From Hamiltosporidium tvaerminnensis FI-OER-3-3 (Eukaryota > Fungi > Microsporidia), in contig CM061246.1 in NCBI GenBank assembly GCA_022605425.2, positions 1,860,001 through 1,924,000 of the forward strand: a stretch of DNA of 64,000 nt. Direction: 5' to 3'. Under the pieces are notes generated by a model. It made no database searches. It had not been told where the DNA came from and saw nothing but the letters and a program-made list of their open reading frames with translations. Positions within the stretch are counted from its first letter, which is position 1. Each line of letters begins with the position of its first letter. Shown one piece after another: positions 62,396-64,000 of the stretch. Position numbers and translations under genes: made by a program.

Positions 62396-63073
62396 TTATT
62401 TTTTTTCGAAAATAGCAGCAAATGCCTTTCCTGTTTTAACAGCTGCTCTTTTAGATTCATCGGTTTCTTTTATAATTAAAGTTCTTAGATTATCATTTTC
62501 AAATTCTTCATTCTCTAATCTTCGAAACAGTGTGTGATTTTGAACACATTGTACCATACTTTCAAATAATTCAGACACATCTGTCGATAAATACAATCTA
62601 CCTTTATTTTCTAGAATATATGCGTACTGATCAAGCATTTGTGTACATATAATTCTCGCTTTACGTTTTTTCTTTTTAAAATGTGGATCAGGAAATAAAA
62701 TAAATATTTTGCTTACTTGTTCTTTACCAAAATAGTTTGGTAAAAAAAGCATAGCATTTGTATAAATCGCATGTAAATTTCTTTTTAACTCTTTCCTTTC
62801 TATCATAACAGATACCTTGTTTTTTATGTAATCAACCACCTTTTTTCTAATCTCTAATCCAACGACATTTTCGGTTGGAAATATTTTGGACAACAAAATC
62901 AAAAAATTTCCGTAACCACAACCAATATCAACAATTTTAGGTGCAATTCCATCTATATAAAATTCAGACCAGTTCATTTCACAGGGTGATTTCGGATAAT
63001 CAAAGTGTTTATCACTAAACGGATTTGCATGTGCTCGTTGTCTAAAATCCTTTTTCCTTGGTAGATTTGCCAT
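62396..63073 (-). CDS. TRM8: tRNA (guanine-N7) methyltransferase
   Basis: LPRKKDFRQRAHANPFSD, DIGCGYG, GLEIR, FPDPHFKK and TDV motifs. Confidence 0.97.
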   Translation of the reverse strand: MANLPRKKDFRQRAHANPFSDKHFDYPKSPCEMNWSEFYIDGIAPKIVDIGCGYGNFLILLSKIFPTENVVGLEIRKKVVDYIKNKVSVMIERKELKRNLHAIYTNAMLFLPNYFGKEQVSKIFILFPDPHFKKKKRKARIICTQMLDQYAYILENKGRLYLSTDVSELFESMVQCVQNHTLFRRLENEEFENDNLRTLIIKETDESKRAAVKTGKAFAAIFEKK

Positions 63074-63436
63074 ATGGGTTTTATATTTTTAGATTTACGT
63101 CATTATAGAAGATATAACGCATCTTTATAAACAAAAAAATGTGTTAGAATCGTTACAATGAATCAAGTTAAAATTAGAGTCTTAAATCTTAAGAAATGGC
63201 ATTCTGTTTTAATCATGTAAAAATATAAAAATTTTATTCATTATTTCTGTCATTTTTTAAGAAGAATATTCGTAAAAAAATAAATTTCGTTTCTCTTTAA
63301 AGTTAAATTATTTAACAAAAGTTTTATTCTTGCTTTGAATTCATTGTTTTTAATTTTTTTAAAATTTAAAAAAAAAATATTTTAAACAAAAAAAAAACCG
63401 ACAAAAACTTTTTATAAAAATCATTTTTTATGCGAA

Positions 63437-64000
63437 ATGGAAAATTATAGATTTTTAGAGAAAATCGGTAGAGGAACACATGGAACTGTATATTTGCTAG
63501 AATCAGAAGGTTATAAAAACAAATATGTCGTATGTAAATCTGTAGGCTTCAAACATAAGAAATACGCTATTAAAGAAATAAATATTTTATCTAAATTAAG
63601 TCACAAACGAATTATTAAACTTTTAGATGCAATTATTAAAGAGCCGTACGTTTTTATAATATTAGAATATTCCAATTATGGTAACTTATCAACATTTATA
63701 AGATTTTATAAACAAAGTGAATGTAATATTCCTTATGATTTAATATGGTCTGCATTCGCTCAAATTACAGATGGATTAAATTTTTTACACAAAAATAATA
63801 TTATTCATCGAGATATCAAACCATCAAATATTTTAGTAAATCAAAACTTTTTAAACAATGAAGAAATTTTAGAATTTAAAATCTGTGATTTTAGTTTATC
63901 AACTAAACTTCTTACCGATGAATTTTTTTTTGATGAGAGTTTAGTAGGAACTCCATATTATATGGCACCTGAAATAATAAAAAGAATTAAATATAATTCA
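63437..64000 (+). CDS. Ser/Thr protein kinase, NEK/NimA-like (runs off the window end)
   Basis: Manual translation: MENYRFLEKIGRGTHGTVYL...HRDIKPSNIL...KICDFSL...VGTPYYMAPE. Absent from the ORF track because there is no stop in the window. Confidence 0.9.
   Translation, partial: MENYRFLEKIGRGTHGTVYLLESEGYKNKYVVCKSVGFKHKKYAIKEINILSKLSHKRIIKLLDAIIKEPYVFIILEYSNYGNLSTFIRFYKQSECNIPYDLIWSAFAQITDGLNFLHKNNIIHRDIKPSNILVNQNFLNNEEILEFKICDFSLSTKLLTDEFFFDESLVGTPYYMAPEIIKRIKYNS

Overview
Very AT-rich, gene-sparse, apparently intron-free eukaryotic DNA. The compact divergent housekeeping proteins, CCC motifs just upstream of start codons and a probable polar tube protein point to a large-genome microsporidian (Hamiltosporidium-like; this is inference). 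Intact genes: TPS1, a Pbp1/ataxin-2-like protein, MnSOD, elongin C, NHP2, RPL15, a TRAPP subunit, a forkhead factor, a 1516-aa Gly/Ala-rich secreted protein (probable PTP3), a secreted hypothetical, SEC13, EF-2, two small single-TM proteins, TRM8 and a truncated NEK-like kinase. Intergenic DNA holds an R4/Dong-like RLE non-LTR retrotransposon family (one near-complete copy inside a host pseudogene, plus relics) and a tRNA-headed or headless RTE-type SINE (3 copies). The most interesting feature is a ~730-bp non-autonomous retroposed element (6 long copies plus a 3' stub). It is densely base-paired, shows a compensatory change between copies, and has a predicted pseudoknot ending right at an ATG that resembles the first codons of an APE-type LINE ORF. 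It is a candidate mobile structured RNA with an IRES-like leader.
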